DNA from: Piromyces finnis finn
Taxonomy: Eukaryota > Fungi > Neocallimastigomycota
Assembly: GCA_002104945.1 (NCBI GenBank)
Contig: MCFH01000015.1
Coordinates: 124,001 to 188,000, forward strand
Direction: 5' to 3'
DNA length: 64,000 nt
A program made the position numbers and the translations under genes. This document shows, one piece after another, positions 10,307 to 26,042 of the stretch (within the stretch, counting starts at the first letter, position 1; each line of letters starts with the position of its first letter). The notes beneath the pieces are model-generated. The model worked only from the letters and a program-made list of their open reading frames with translations, was not told the DNA's origin and searched no databases.

Positions 10307-10476
10307 TAAATGATCCTGAGTGAATAAGATCTTTCATCTTCGAATTGATAAGAGCATGGTCAATGTCGGAAGATTGATCACCTCGAGTCCAAGAGATAGT
10401 AGACCCTCTAAGCGGAAGAATTTCCCAATCTCCTAATCCATTAGTTGATAACCAGTTGGATAATTTTACTTTAGAC
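10307..10476 (-). mobile_element. 170-bp internal fragment of family A endonuclease region
   Basis: Matches 7883-8052 of copy 2 (SKVKLSNWL...HSGSF). Confidence 0.95.
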
Positions 10477-10500
10477 GCTCTACCACTAAGCCAAACAGGC
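10474..10500 (-). tRNA. 5' fragment (27 nt) of a tRNA gene: acceptor 5' strand + D arm; isotype not assignable
   Basis: Minus strand GCCTGTT-TG-GCTT-AGTGGTA-GAGC-G-TC gives a 7-nt acceptor strand, a D-stem GCTT/GAGC and a perfect A-box TGGCTTAGTGG. No anticodon or T arm follows. Confidence 0.7.
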
Positions 10501-10929
10501 ATATCATTGATAATAAAAGACTATGCACCAACGTATTATTTGATAACAACTTTTTTTTCAAAATAATAACCTTTAAAAATCATTTAATAATTTATACACT
10601 TTAAATTCAACAATAAAACCTTTACACAACTAATAAGTATATTTTTTATATATTTTGCTTTAATTTTTTATTTAATTTTTAACGTTTCTTTTTTTCTTTC
10701 TAGTACGAAATGTATTAATTTTTATACATTTTAAAATCTTTTTAGTAGATTTTATTTTTCTTTAAATTTATTCTCATTATTTATATTTTCATTGAATTAT
10801 TTCAAAGCATAGAATTTATTATAAAAATTCTAATGATAGGTTTTCTTTTTATTTTCAAATAATATTACACTATACATTGTAAAGTGTTACATCATTTTAC
10901 AGGCGTGATTTAACGGTATCTGGAGTACT

Positions 10930-11757
10930 TTATAAGACATTAACGTTGTTAAGAGTTTCACAAGCTTCTTGGACACGCTTGATCATAGTCTTTTCAGATT
11001 CACGAACCCAAGTACGTGGATCGTAGAACTTCTTGTTTGGCTTGTCTTCACCATCTGGGTTACCGATTTGAGCTTGGAGGTATCCCTTCTTGGCTTCGTA
11101 GAAGTCACGGAGACCAACCCAGTAGGCCCATTGAGTATCGGTATCAATGTTCATCTTAACAACACCGTTAGCAAGAGCGGTCTTGATTTCATCAACAGTA
11201 GAACCAGAACCACCGTGGAAGACGAAGTTAACTGGCTTTTCTTCAGCACAGTTAAGTTGCTTGCGGACGTATTCTTGGTGCTTACCGAGAATTTCTGGGG
11301 CAAGAACGACATTACCTGGCTTGTAGACACCATGAACGTTACCGAAAGCGGCAGCGATGGTGAACATGTCAGTAACTTCAGAGAAAGCCTTGTAGACATC
11401 CCAGATATCTTCTGGTTGAGTGTAAAGCTTGTTGTTGTCAACACCAGAGTTATCAACACCATCTTCTTCACCACCAGTGATACCGATTTCCATTTCTAAG
11501 AGTTGACCCATCTTGGCCATACGCTTAAGGTAACTGACACAGATAGCAATGTTTTCTTCCTTTGGTTCTTCGGAAAGATCTAACATGTGAGAAGAGAAGA
11601 GTGGTTCACCTATTTTATTTAATTATTAAATAATATTAAAAAATCAATATAAATTATAAACCTTTTTCATTTCGTTTTATTATACTAATTATTGTTTTAA
11701 TATTTACCGTGAACAGCGAAGTATTCTTCATCAGCCTTAAGCATACCATCGAACCAT

Positions 11758-11789
<32 letters not shown>

Positions 11790-12104
11790 AAGAATAACTG
11801 GAATACCGTAAGCCTTAGCGACTTGACGGACGTGGAGAGCACCAGCAACGGCACCAAGAATAGAAGCTTCTTGGTTCTTGTTAGAGATACCCTTACCAGC
11901 GTAGAAAGCAGAACCACCGTTAGAGAATTGAATGATGACTGGAGCCTTAATGTCACGAGCAGCTTCAATAACAGCGTTAACAGTAGAGGAAGAAGTACAG
12001 TTAACGGCTGGGATAGCGAACTTGTGGTCCTTAGCGTACTTGAAAAGCTTTCTAAGGTTGTCGCCAGTAACAACACCTGGTGGAACAATATCGAGAATAC
12101 CCAT
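10930..12104 (-). CDS. FBA1: Fructose-bisphosphate aldolase class II, 2 exons (12104-11708, 11609-10930; 358 aa)
   Basis: Motifs AIPAVN, LHSDHCAK, HGEPLFSSHMLDLSEE, EMEIGITGGEEDG, FGNVHGVY, VFHGGSG, KMNIDTD, YDPR. A GT-AG intron at 11707-11610 restores the frame. Confidence 0.97.
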
Positions 12105-12585
12105 TTTAATTAAAATTTAATAATAAATAATTATTATAAAGTTTTGTGAAGAAAAAAAGTAAAAAAAAAGGTAAAATTTATTTTATATAAACTGTAAAAT
12201 TTTTTTCATTATTCATTTTCCAATATATTCGTAATATATTAAATATATATTATTTGATTAAATTATTCTAGGAAGATTGGTGGCTTATTACAATATATTA
12301 TAATATAAATAATATGTATAATAGAATAAATTGATGTATTATATATGATTGGTTTATGTAACGAGTATTTCATCAATACTTTCTATTATATTTCTATTAT
12401 AATTGAATAATTAAATATATTATATATCAAATATATTTTTTATTTTTTAATTTATTAAAATAAATATATAAAAGGTTAGAATAGAATTAAATAGAATTAA
12501 AACAACTTTAAGTAAAAAAAAATGCTAAATTTTATAATTGAATGGTAGATTTTACCGAAATTATCGTATTTTTTTTACATTAATG

Positions 12586-12617
<32 letters not shown>

Positions 12618-12630
12618 TAGAGTAATAATC

Positions 12631-12665
<35 letters not shown>
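12586..12665. repeat. Interrupted (TAA)n microsatellite
   Basis: Visible taa runs. Confidence 0.8.
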
Positions 12666-12666
<1 letters not shown>

Positions 12667-13948
12667 AGTAATATATATTATTAAAACAAATGTTAATAAT
12701 AGTTTTCTATCTTAATAAGAAAGAAACCATTATAAATTATTTTAATAAGAAGTTTGATAATTAATGTTTTATAGATAAAAATAATATTTAATCTAAAAAA
12801 TTATGTATAATTTTAATTTGTATTATTCTTTACTTAAATGAAAAAGGTATAAACTCTTTTTTTTTTATTTAATATATTATATTGGAAATAACCAATAAAG
12901 CTATTGGGGTATCTTAAAGTTTAGTTACATTTTTTGAAACATTTTCAGGGTATCAGGGATGATAATAATTATTACAAGAGATAATATAAATTATTATTTT
13001 TAAAAGGAATGCATAATTATTTTTTATTACTTTTAGATTGAGTTGTGCAATGTGTAGTGGTGGTGTTATCATAAATTTTGTTTTTTTACTAAGGAATATG
13101 CCATGTCATTATTCTGAATTATATTTTATAGCAAAATATTAAATATATACTATGTAATATCTAATGTTTCTTTTATTTGTTACATTAGTATTCCTTACTC
13201 TTCATTCTTCTTGTAATACCAATTCTACTACTACATTTACATTTACTGAAAAAGCTTTTAAAACTTTAAATGGATTATATTTTAATATTTTCGTATATTC
13301 ATATTTAATATAAATTAATATATATTAAATAGCATTTTAATATATATTAATTTATATATTGCAAAGTTCAATTTTAATTTAAATTGTATCTTTAAAAAAA
13401 AAATTTTCAAGATTATAGGAATTTTAAAATTTTCATGTTTTAGTATTTAAAAAAAAAAAGATTAAATGCAGGTTAAAATAAAAATATATCTATAATGTAG
13501 ATGTAAAGAGAAAGTAAAAAAAATATTGACTTGGAATTAACATATAAATATTTAAAATATAGTATGTTTTATAAATATATTTATTTTGTATTTACATATC
13601 TCATAAATATTCATCAATAATTTAACTAGTAAATAATTATTGTTTCAATTCTCCTTTTTTTTTTTTTTTTTAAAAAAAAAAGGAGAATGATTTAATTTAG
13701 ATCAAAAAAAAAAAAAAAAAAAAAAAAAAGAATGAAAATTTTAAAATATACAGAAAAACAAATTAATAACAAAAAAAAAAAGTTGAAATTTTCATTTCTC
13801 AAAAATAAAAAATGTATTTAAAACTTGTTAATAAAGATAATATTATTGATGCACTTTTAACTTTAATAATATATGTAAAAGTATGAAAAGTGATATTATA
13901 ATTCATTTTATTATTAATAATAATAATAATAATGAAATAATATTTAAA

Positions 13949-18140
<4,192 letters not shown>

Positions 18141-19762
18141 ATTAAGAATAATAAAGGAATTGAAAATATTTAGTATATATGAAAATGAAATTGAATTTTA
18201 ATAAAAAAAAAGTATATTTTATATTATTATATATTATAAATCACTACTTTTATTAATAAAAATATTTACCATTAGTATATTTATTTTTTATCATTTTTAT
18301 TTTTCTAGGAATGTATAATTAAATATTTCATAGTTTTCACCTTTTTTTTCTATTACTATACAATATGATAATTCATTAATTTAAAATGTATATATATATA
18401 AATTATATAAATTTTAATATAAACATAAACAATTTTAAACTTTAAATTTTCAATCAAAAATAAAAAATTTGTATAAGACCTAATCCTATTGTAATAAAAA
18501 TTCATATAATTTTCACACAGAAACATTAAAAAAAAAGATTAGGGTAAAATCTATTAAAAAAATATTCTTTTTTGTTAATTCATCTTTCTTCAAGAAATAC
18601 TAATTTTTTACTGTTCAAAATTAAAGTTTATAACATAAACAGAAAGAATAAAAAAGAACTTATAATTATTTATTATTTAAATATTTATTGTTACAAGTCA
18701 GTATACAAAATTTTTTAATAGGCGGTGTAGTTTTTTTTTGAAAAAAAAAAAGACATTTTATATAATAATATAAAATATAAAATATATTATTTAATATTTT
18801 ATTATAAACGCTTGTTTAAATTCAAAACATAATGATCCTTCCTTTAAAGTTTTACCTTTTTCTTTTGAATATTTGAAATGTTTTTATTTGTTTTGTTTGT
18901 TTGAGTGGAATTTAAAGGATTTTATTATTAATCATAGTGGAAAAGTTTTCCAGGGATAATTGTATAAAGTAAATGAATAAATATATAATAATCAAATAAT
19001 TTATATATTTTTTTTTAAATTTAGTAAATGAATAAATAATTAAATTGTAAAGATTAATTTATTATTAATAACAAAAAGATGGTGGTTATGTTTAATTAAT
19101 ATATTATGTAATATATTATATTATATACCAATATATTGTATATATAAAATTAGATTAAAAAAAAAAAAAAAAAAAGAATATAAAATTAAAGGAATTTTGA
19201 TTAAAAAAAAATACTCTTTTTAAATTTCAAATTTTACATAATTTAATTTAGAAATTCTATTGAAGAGGAATGAATTGATGGTTAAATAATAAAAGGGTAA
19301 TAGAATATTAATATAAAGTGATTTATTTTTTTTATAATAAAATCTAATTTAATTAAAACAATTGATAAAAAAACTATTATAACGAAATTTAAAAAAATAA
19401 ATTATTAAAAATATTTTAATTTTCCAATTTTTAGAAATCTATTAAATTGAAAAAAAAAAAAAAAAATTAAAAAATCATTAAAAACAACAACAATAACAAC
19501 ATAATATTATTAAATTAAGTAACTTTTTTTTTTTGAAAAATAAAAATACAAGAATAATATATATATATATTAGAATATTAAGCAAATTTTAATAAAAATT
19601 TTTAAATCAGAAATTCAATTATAGAAATAAATTAATTTATAGTTTTAATAATCTAATAGAATTTTAATAAGTTACAAAAAATAAAATTATATACATATAT
19701 AAAAGAAAAAAGAAAAAAAAAGAAAAGAAAATATATTTAAAAAAATAAAATAATTATAGAAA

Positions 19763-22700
19763 ATGTTTTTTAAGAAAAAACAAATTCCAATTCCAGAACA
19801 ACCACAACAATCACCTTATGAAAAGGCAAATTTTTTTTCAAAATTAACTTTTTCATGGGAAAATCCAATTTTCTATGTAGGTTATAATAGACCTTTAGAA
19901 AAGAATGATTTATATTTATTACCGAATAATCTTCAGGAAAATTATAATGAAAAAAAATTTTATTCACATTGGAATAAAGCTATAGAAAAGGATGGTCAAG
20001 CAAATGTTACAAGAACTTTAATTAAAGTATATGGTCCAAAGTGGTTTCCGGCTGGTATTTTTAAGTTATTATCAGATATTTGTAACTTGATTTCACCAGT
20101 TATATTAGAATTATTATTAAATCATTTAGATAATAAGAATGCTAGAAATAATGAAACTTATAAGGGTTGGATTTATATTGTTTTAATTTTTGTTCTTCAA
20201 ATCTTAGCCACTCTTTTCATTAATACTTATTTTAAAAACACAATGGAAGTTGGTTTATCAGTTAGAGCAACAATTATTGGTATCATTTACAGAAAAACAC
20301 TAAAACTTTCTAATAAAGCTAAACAAACTATCGGTGATGGTCAAATTATTAATTTGGTTTCTACTGATTCTGCTAGAATTCAATTTCTATTAGGTAATTT
20401 ACATTACATCTGGAGTGGTCCATTCCAATTAGTTGTTATTCTTGTTCTTTTAATCCGTTCTTTAGGAGCATGGTCTTTAATTGGATTTACTATTTTCCTT
20501 GTTGTTATTCCACTTCAAGGTTATATTATGAAATTATTAGCTAGACTTAGAAAACAAACTGCAATATTAACTGATCAACGTGTTAAGAGAACTCAAGAAA
20601 TTATTGGTAGTATGAGAGTTATTAAATTCTTTGGTTGGGAAAAGAGTTTCCTTGATATTTTAACTTTCCTTCGTAAGAAGGAATTAAAACGTACTAAAAA
20701 GAGTGTTATCTTAAGTGCTGAAACTTCTGCTATTTTCAATGTTATTCCATTCTTTTCTTGTGCTCTTACTTTCATTGCTTATTCTGCTGCAGGTAATCGT
20801 TTGACTGCTGCTAAAGTATTCTCATCACTTGCTTTCTTTAATATGCTTCGTTTCCCATTAGCTATTTTACCAAATGTTTTTAGTAACCTTATGGATGCTA
20901 AAGTAGCTATGAAACGTTTATCAAATCTTTTAAACGCAAAAGAATTAGATGATTTACCAGAAATTGATGTCACTTCTGATAACGCAATTTCTATTAAAGA
21001 TGGTCAATTCAACTGGGAAAGTGTAAAATCAGATGTTAACAATAAGAATAGTAAATCTAAGGATAAAATAAGTAAAGAAAAGAATAAGAAAGCTAAAACT
21101 AATCAAGGTTCTTCAAGTGCCAGTGCATTAATCAATAACAAATCTACTGAGGATATTACTAATGCTAATCTTAAAAAGAATGTACAGGAAACTGATAGTG
21201 AAGAAGAAAATTCTGCTGATTCCTTCAAGCTTCATGATATTAACATAAAAATTAAAAAGAATTCCTTAACTGCTATTGTTGGTACTGTCGGAAGTGGTAA
21301 ATCTTCTTTAATTAATGCTATTATTGGTGAAATGAAACGTGAAGAAGGTAAAATTACTCTCGGTGGTACTATCAGTTACTGTTCACAACAAGCTTGGATT
21401 CAAAATGCTACTGTTAGAGAAAATATTTTATTTGGTAAGGAATACAATGAAGAATTTTATAACAAGGTAATTGATATTTGTGCTCTTACTCATGATCTTG
21501 AAATTTTCCCAGATGGTGATATGACAGAAATTGGTGAACGTGGTATTAATTTATCTGGTGGTCAAAAACAAAGAGTTAATTTGGCAAGAGCTGTCTATTT
21601 CAATAGTGATATCATTTTAATGGATGATCCATTATCAGCAGTAGATGCTCATGTTAGTCGTGCTCTTTTTGATAATTGTATTCTTGGAGCTTTATCCAAT
21701 AAGACACGTGTTTTAGTTACACACCAACTTCATGTTTTACCAAAGGTTGATTACATCATTGTTATGAATAATGGTCGTATTGAAGAACAAGGTGAATATG
21801 AAGAATTAATGCAAAAAGAAGGAGAATTTGCTAGATTAATGCATACCTATGGTGGTATAGATGAAAATGAAGAAGAAAGCACTGAAAGTATTCCAGAAGA
21901 AACTAAAAAAGAAAAAGAAACTATTAAAAATAAAGAAGTGAAAAAGGAAGAAAAAAAAACAGGTAAAGCTTTAATGACAAAAGAAGAAAGAGCAACTGGT
22001 TCAGTTAAACTTTCTGTTTATAAATCATATGCTAAAGCTGCTGGTGGTGTTATTTGTGCATTCATTATTATTTTCATAGTAATTCTTATTCAATTGGCAA
22101 AACTTGGTAACGATGTTTGGTTGGTAAAATGGACTGAAGGTTATAAGGATTTAAAGACTTCCACTTATATTTTAGTTTACTTACTTTGGAATATTGGTCA
22201 AACTCTTTTAACTCTTCTCTATTCCATTTATTTGGCCTTTGTTGGTATTAAGGCTGCTAGTAGGGTTCATAAAGACGCTATCAGTCGTGTTATTATGGCT
22301 CCAATTAGTTTCTTTGATACAACTCCTTTAGGTAGAATTATTAATCGTTTTTCAAAGGATCAAGATTCTTTGGATAATTCACTTTTTGTTACCATGCAAA
22401 TGTTATTCACCAATCTTGGTAATACTGTTACCACTTTAGTTTTTATGCTTTATGTTGCACCAATCTTTGGTGTAGCCCTCGTACCATTATTATTAATTTA
22501 CTATTTTGTCCAACAATTCTATCGTAGTACCTCACGTGAATTAAAGCGTATTGATTCAATCACTAGATCTCCACTCTATGCAAACCTCACAGAAACAATG
22601 CAAGGCTTACCAACTATTCGTGCTTATAGTGAACAAGAACGTTTCATTAAGTATAATCAATTACTTATTGATGAAAATAATCGTCCACAACATTTACAAA

Positions 22701-23800
22701 TTACTGCTCAAAGATGGTTAGGTCTTAGATTAGAAAGTATTGGTGCTTTCCTTGTCTTATTCGATGGTATTTCTGGATTACTTCTTAAAAATAATATTTC
22801 TTCCTCTCTTTTAGGTTTAAGTTTGTCCTATTCTTTACAAGTTACCTCTAGTCTTAACGCTGTTGTTCGTCAATTTAGTGATACTGAAGTTCATATGAAT
22901 GCGGCCGAACGTCTTTTATACTATGCCAATGAAATTGAAGTTGAAAATCAAAAAGGCTTAGATGCTCCAAAAGACTGGCCAAAACAAGGTAAAATTGAAA
23001 TTAAGGATCTTACCATGAAATATGCTCCACACCTTCCACCAGTATTACATCATGTCAGTTTAGATATTCAATCCAACGAAAAGATTGGTGTTGTTGGTCG
23101 TACCGGTGCTGGTAAATCTAGTATTGTCATGACATTATTTAGATTAGTAGAACCAGAAGTTGGTTCATCTCTTAAGATTGATGATATATCTATTATGGAT
23201 CTTAAGTTGAGTGATTTACGTCAAAGAATATCCATTATTCCTCAAGATCCAATTCTTTTCTCTGGTACCATCCGTTTCAACATGGATCCATTTAATGAAC
23301 ATACAGATGAAGAAATATGGGAAGCTCTTGAAAATGCTGGTTTAAAGCCAACCATTAGTGAATTAGAAAATAAATTAGAATCTGACGTTCGTGCTAACGG
23401 AGAAAACTTTAGTGTTGGTCAGAGACAATTATTATGTCTTGCTCGTGCTATGATTAGAAATAGTCCAATTTTAATTATGGATGAAGCTACAGCTTCAGTT
23501 GATATTGAAACGGATGCCATTATTCAAAAAGCCTTGAGAACCAAATTCAGTAATGTTACTGTTTTAACGATTGCTCACCGTCTTAATACCATTATTGATT
23601 ATGATAAAATTTTAGTTTTAAGTAAAGGAGAAGTTTTAGAATTTGATTCACCAAAGAATTTACTTTTTGAAACTAATGAGAATGGAGAATTAGTACCATG
23701 TACATCCACCGAATTTTCCAAATTAGTTGATGAAACAGGACCAGTTAATGCTGCTTTGTTACGTCAATTAGCTTTTGAAAGTGAAAATAAAAACATTTAA
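19763..23800 (+). CDS. ABCC/MRP-type (YOR1-like) full ABC transporter, 1345 aa, intronless
   Basis: TMD1-NBD1-TMD2-NBD2 with no TMD0. Walker A GTVGSGKSS and GRTGAGKSS; signatures LSGGQKQR and FSVGQRQL; Walker B ILMDD and LIMDE; TTPLGRIINRFSKD. Confidence 0.95.
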   Translation: MFFKKKQIPIPEQPQQSPYEKANFFSKLTFSWENPIFYVGYNRPLEKNDLYLLPNNLQENYNEKKFYSHWNKAIEKDGQANVTRTLIKVYGPKWFPAGIFKLLSDICNLISPVILELLLNHLDNKNARNNETYKGWIYIVLIFVLQILATLFINTYFKNTMEVGLSVRATIIGIIYRKTLKLSNKAKQTIGDGQIINLVSTDSARIQFLLGNLHYIWSGPFQLVVILVLLIRSLGAWSLIGFTIFLVVIPLQGYIMKLLARLRKQTAILTDQRVKRTQEIIGSMRVIKFFGWEKSFLDILTFLRKKELKRTKKSVILSAETSAIFNVIPFFSCALTFIAYSAAGNRLTAAKVFSSLAFFNMLRFPLAILPNVFSNLMDAKVAMKRLSNLLNAKELDDLPEIDVTSDNAISIKDGQFNWESVKSDVNNKNSKSKDKISKEKNKKAKTNQGSSSASALINNKSTEDITNANLKKNVQETDSEEENSADSFKLHDINIKIKKNSLTAIVGTVGSGKSSLINAIIGEMKREEGKITLGGTISYCSQQAWIQNATVRENILFGKEYNEEFYNKVIDICALTHDLEIFPDGDMTEIGERGINLSGGQKQRVNLARAVYFNSDIILMDDPLSAVDAHVSRALFDNCILGALSNKTRVLVTHQLHVLPKVDYIIVMNNGRIEEQGEYEELMQKEGEFARLMHTYGGIDENEEESTESIPEETKKEKETIKNKEVKKEEKKTGKALMTKEERATGSVKLSVYKSYAKAAGGVICAFIIIFIVILIQLAKLGNDVWLVKWTEGYKDLKTSTYILVYLLWNIGQTLLTLLYSIYLAFVGIKAASRVHKDAISRVIMAPISFFDTTPLGRIINRFSKDQDSLDNSLFVTMQMLFTNLGNTVTTLVFMLYVAPIFGVALVPLLLIYYFVQQFYRSTSRELKRIDSITRSPLYANLTETMQGLPTIRAYSEQERFIKYNQLLIDENNRPQHLQITAQRWLGLRLESIGAFLVLFDGISGLLLKNNISSSLLGLSLSYSLQVTSSLNAVVRQFSDTEVHMNAAERLLYYANEIEVENQKGLDAPKDWPKQGKIEIKDLTMKYAPHLPPVLHHVSLDIQSNEKIGVVGRTGAGKSSIVMTLFRLVEPEVGSSLKIDDISIMDLKLSDLRQRISIIPQDPILFSGTIRFNMDPFNEHTDEEIWEALENAGLKPTISELENKLESDVRANGENFSVGQRQLLCLARAMIRNSPILIMDEATASVDIETDAIIQKALRTKFSNVTVLTIAHRLNTIIDYDKILVLSKGEVLEFDSPKNLLFETNENGELVPCTSTEFSKLVDETGPVNAALLRQLAFESENKNI

Positions 23801-24389
23801 ACCAATTCAACTCTAAAATAGCTGATAATTGGACTATTTAAATGTAATAGAATTTGTGATGCTAATAACAACCATTTTAGTATCTAAATTAATAATTATA
23901 TAGAGTAAAAAAACATTAAGTATTTTTTTTTTTTTTTTTAGATATTAAGAATAAATAAACAAATAGATAAAAAGATAAACGGGAAAAGATTAAAAACAAA
24001 CAAACAAACAAACAAAAAACAATATATTTAGATATTTAATATTTATTTTAAAAATAAAAGTAAATGAATACTTTTAATTTTTAAACATTTTTGTTAAAAA
24101 AAAAAAAAATCTATCCAATATTTATTTATAAAGATATAAAAAGTCACTATTTATTAACTATTAAAAATATATAAAGTTTATTTCTATTTATTTAAAAAAT
24201 AAAGATAAAATAAAATAAAATAACAATTTTTTTCTATTTTATATTTTATAATGTATGATATCAATATCGTTTATTTTTAATTCTATTATTATTCTATATA
24301 AAATTCAAGATGATTAAAAAAAATATTTTTACTATGTATTATCTTTCTTGTATATTATATCTATAATATTAGATGAATAATAGTAATAT

Positions 24390-24391
24390 TA

Positions 24392-24434
<43 letters not shown>

Positions 24435-24512
24435 TAATTATTATTATTATTATTATTCTAATTATTATTATTATTATTATTATTCTAATTATTATTATTA
24501 TTATTATTATTA
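24390..24512. repeat. Compound (TAT)n / TATTCTAAT microsatellite
   Basis: Visible repeat. Confidence 0.8.
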
Positions 24513-24804
24513 CTTTTTTGTTATATAAATTAAAGAAAAATAGATCTAACTCATTCTATATAATAAAAAAAAAACATCTTATATTTTTGTAAATATTAAA
24601 CATAAAAATACATTAATTTGTTTTTTTTATTAAAAAAAAAAAAAAAAGAAAAAAAACTAATATTTCTATTTGTAAATAAATAGATAATAGATACAGAAAA
24701 AGTTAGATATATTATAAAGATAAGTAATTCATAAAAAACTTACTTTAATATTAATAATGGGTAATAAATCTATTATTTTCATAAAGTTTAAATTTTAATG
24801 GTGC

Positions 24805-24835
<31 letters not shown>

Positions 24836-26042
24836 TAATAGAATGTGTAGAATTATTCCAAAACTTTATTTAATAATAAGTTGTTCATATTTCTACTATA
24901 AAAATACTATCAAATAAAAGTTACAATTAACTATAAAGATATTCATTTTTCTTTTTATAATTCAATTAGTAATAAGTAAAAAATTGAATTTGATACTAAA
25001 TTAAATTTTGTATAGCCATAACATAGTGTATTATTAAATAAGTTAATGAATAAATATATAATAATTAAATAAATTCATTTGACATAATTTTAAACAATTT
25101 AAAATGTGGATTTTTTCTTTGATTCCAAAAACTTTATTTTATAATAAAATGCAAACATTATTTATATATACACAAAATATAATTTAGATGAATTTATATT
25201 AAATCTACAATTTTTTGATTCGTCATTAGAAATAAATTAGTAATTGACAGTATATTAAAAAAATTAAACATTTTGCATAGCCATAACACATTAGTAATTT
25301 ATAAATTAATGAATAAATAATTAATAATTAAATAAATTATTAGGATTTGAATAGGTGAATATGAATAAATATTATTTTTAATACAAAATTATCAAAATTA
25401 TTATTTAAATATAAGATATAATGAATTCTAAAGTACTTACTTTATTTACTATTATTAATTATTAATTACTTTTTATGTTATTAATAATTCAATCCATTTA
25501 AAATTTAATTAAATGCATAAATCATTATTATTTAAATAAATAATAGAATTTTCAAAATTATAATTAAAATTTTAAAATTAATTTTATTAGATCTAAGAAT
25601 TAATATATTCATAGTATATATAATATTATATATTATATGGAATATTATTAATAAAAATTTGAAAATGAATATAAATACCAAAATTTTCCTTTTCGCTTTT
25701 TTTATTTTGTTGGATAAGTTTAATTAAAAAAACATTTTTAAAAGTAATGCTTAATTAAAATTTTAATCTTTTTTTTTTTTTTTATAATTAATAAGTTTAA
25801 AATATTTAAGAATACAAATAATAATAATAATAAAAAAGAAATACATAATAAGCAATAGTTTAAACTATCTTATATATTAAAAAGTATTTCTAGTTCTAAT
25901 AATAATAGCATAAAAAAAAAGATAATAAAATAAAAATAATTATTTTTTATTTTATAGAGTAAGAAACAGCAGGAAAACAAGTAAAAAAAAAAAGTTAATT
26001 AGAATATATTTATTTTTCTTTTTACTATTCTTATATAATAGA

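Noticed and set aside
10146-10502. 118-aa ORF starting at the tRNA fragment and in frame with the APE fragment
   Set aside because: Chance product of the chimeric junction: it translates tRNA and monomer sequence, and there is no evidence of function.
10969-12120. Overlapping antisense and alternate ORFs over the aldolase
   Set aside because: Typical shadows of a gene with strong codon bias.
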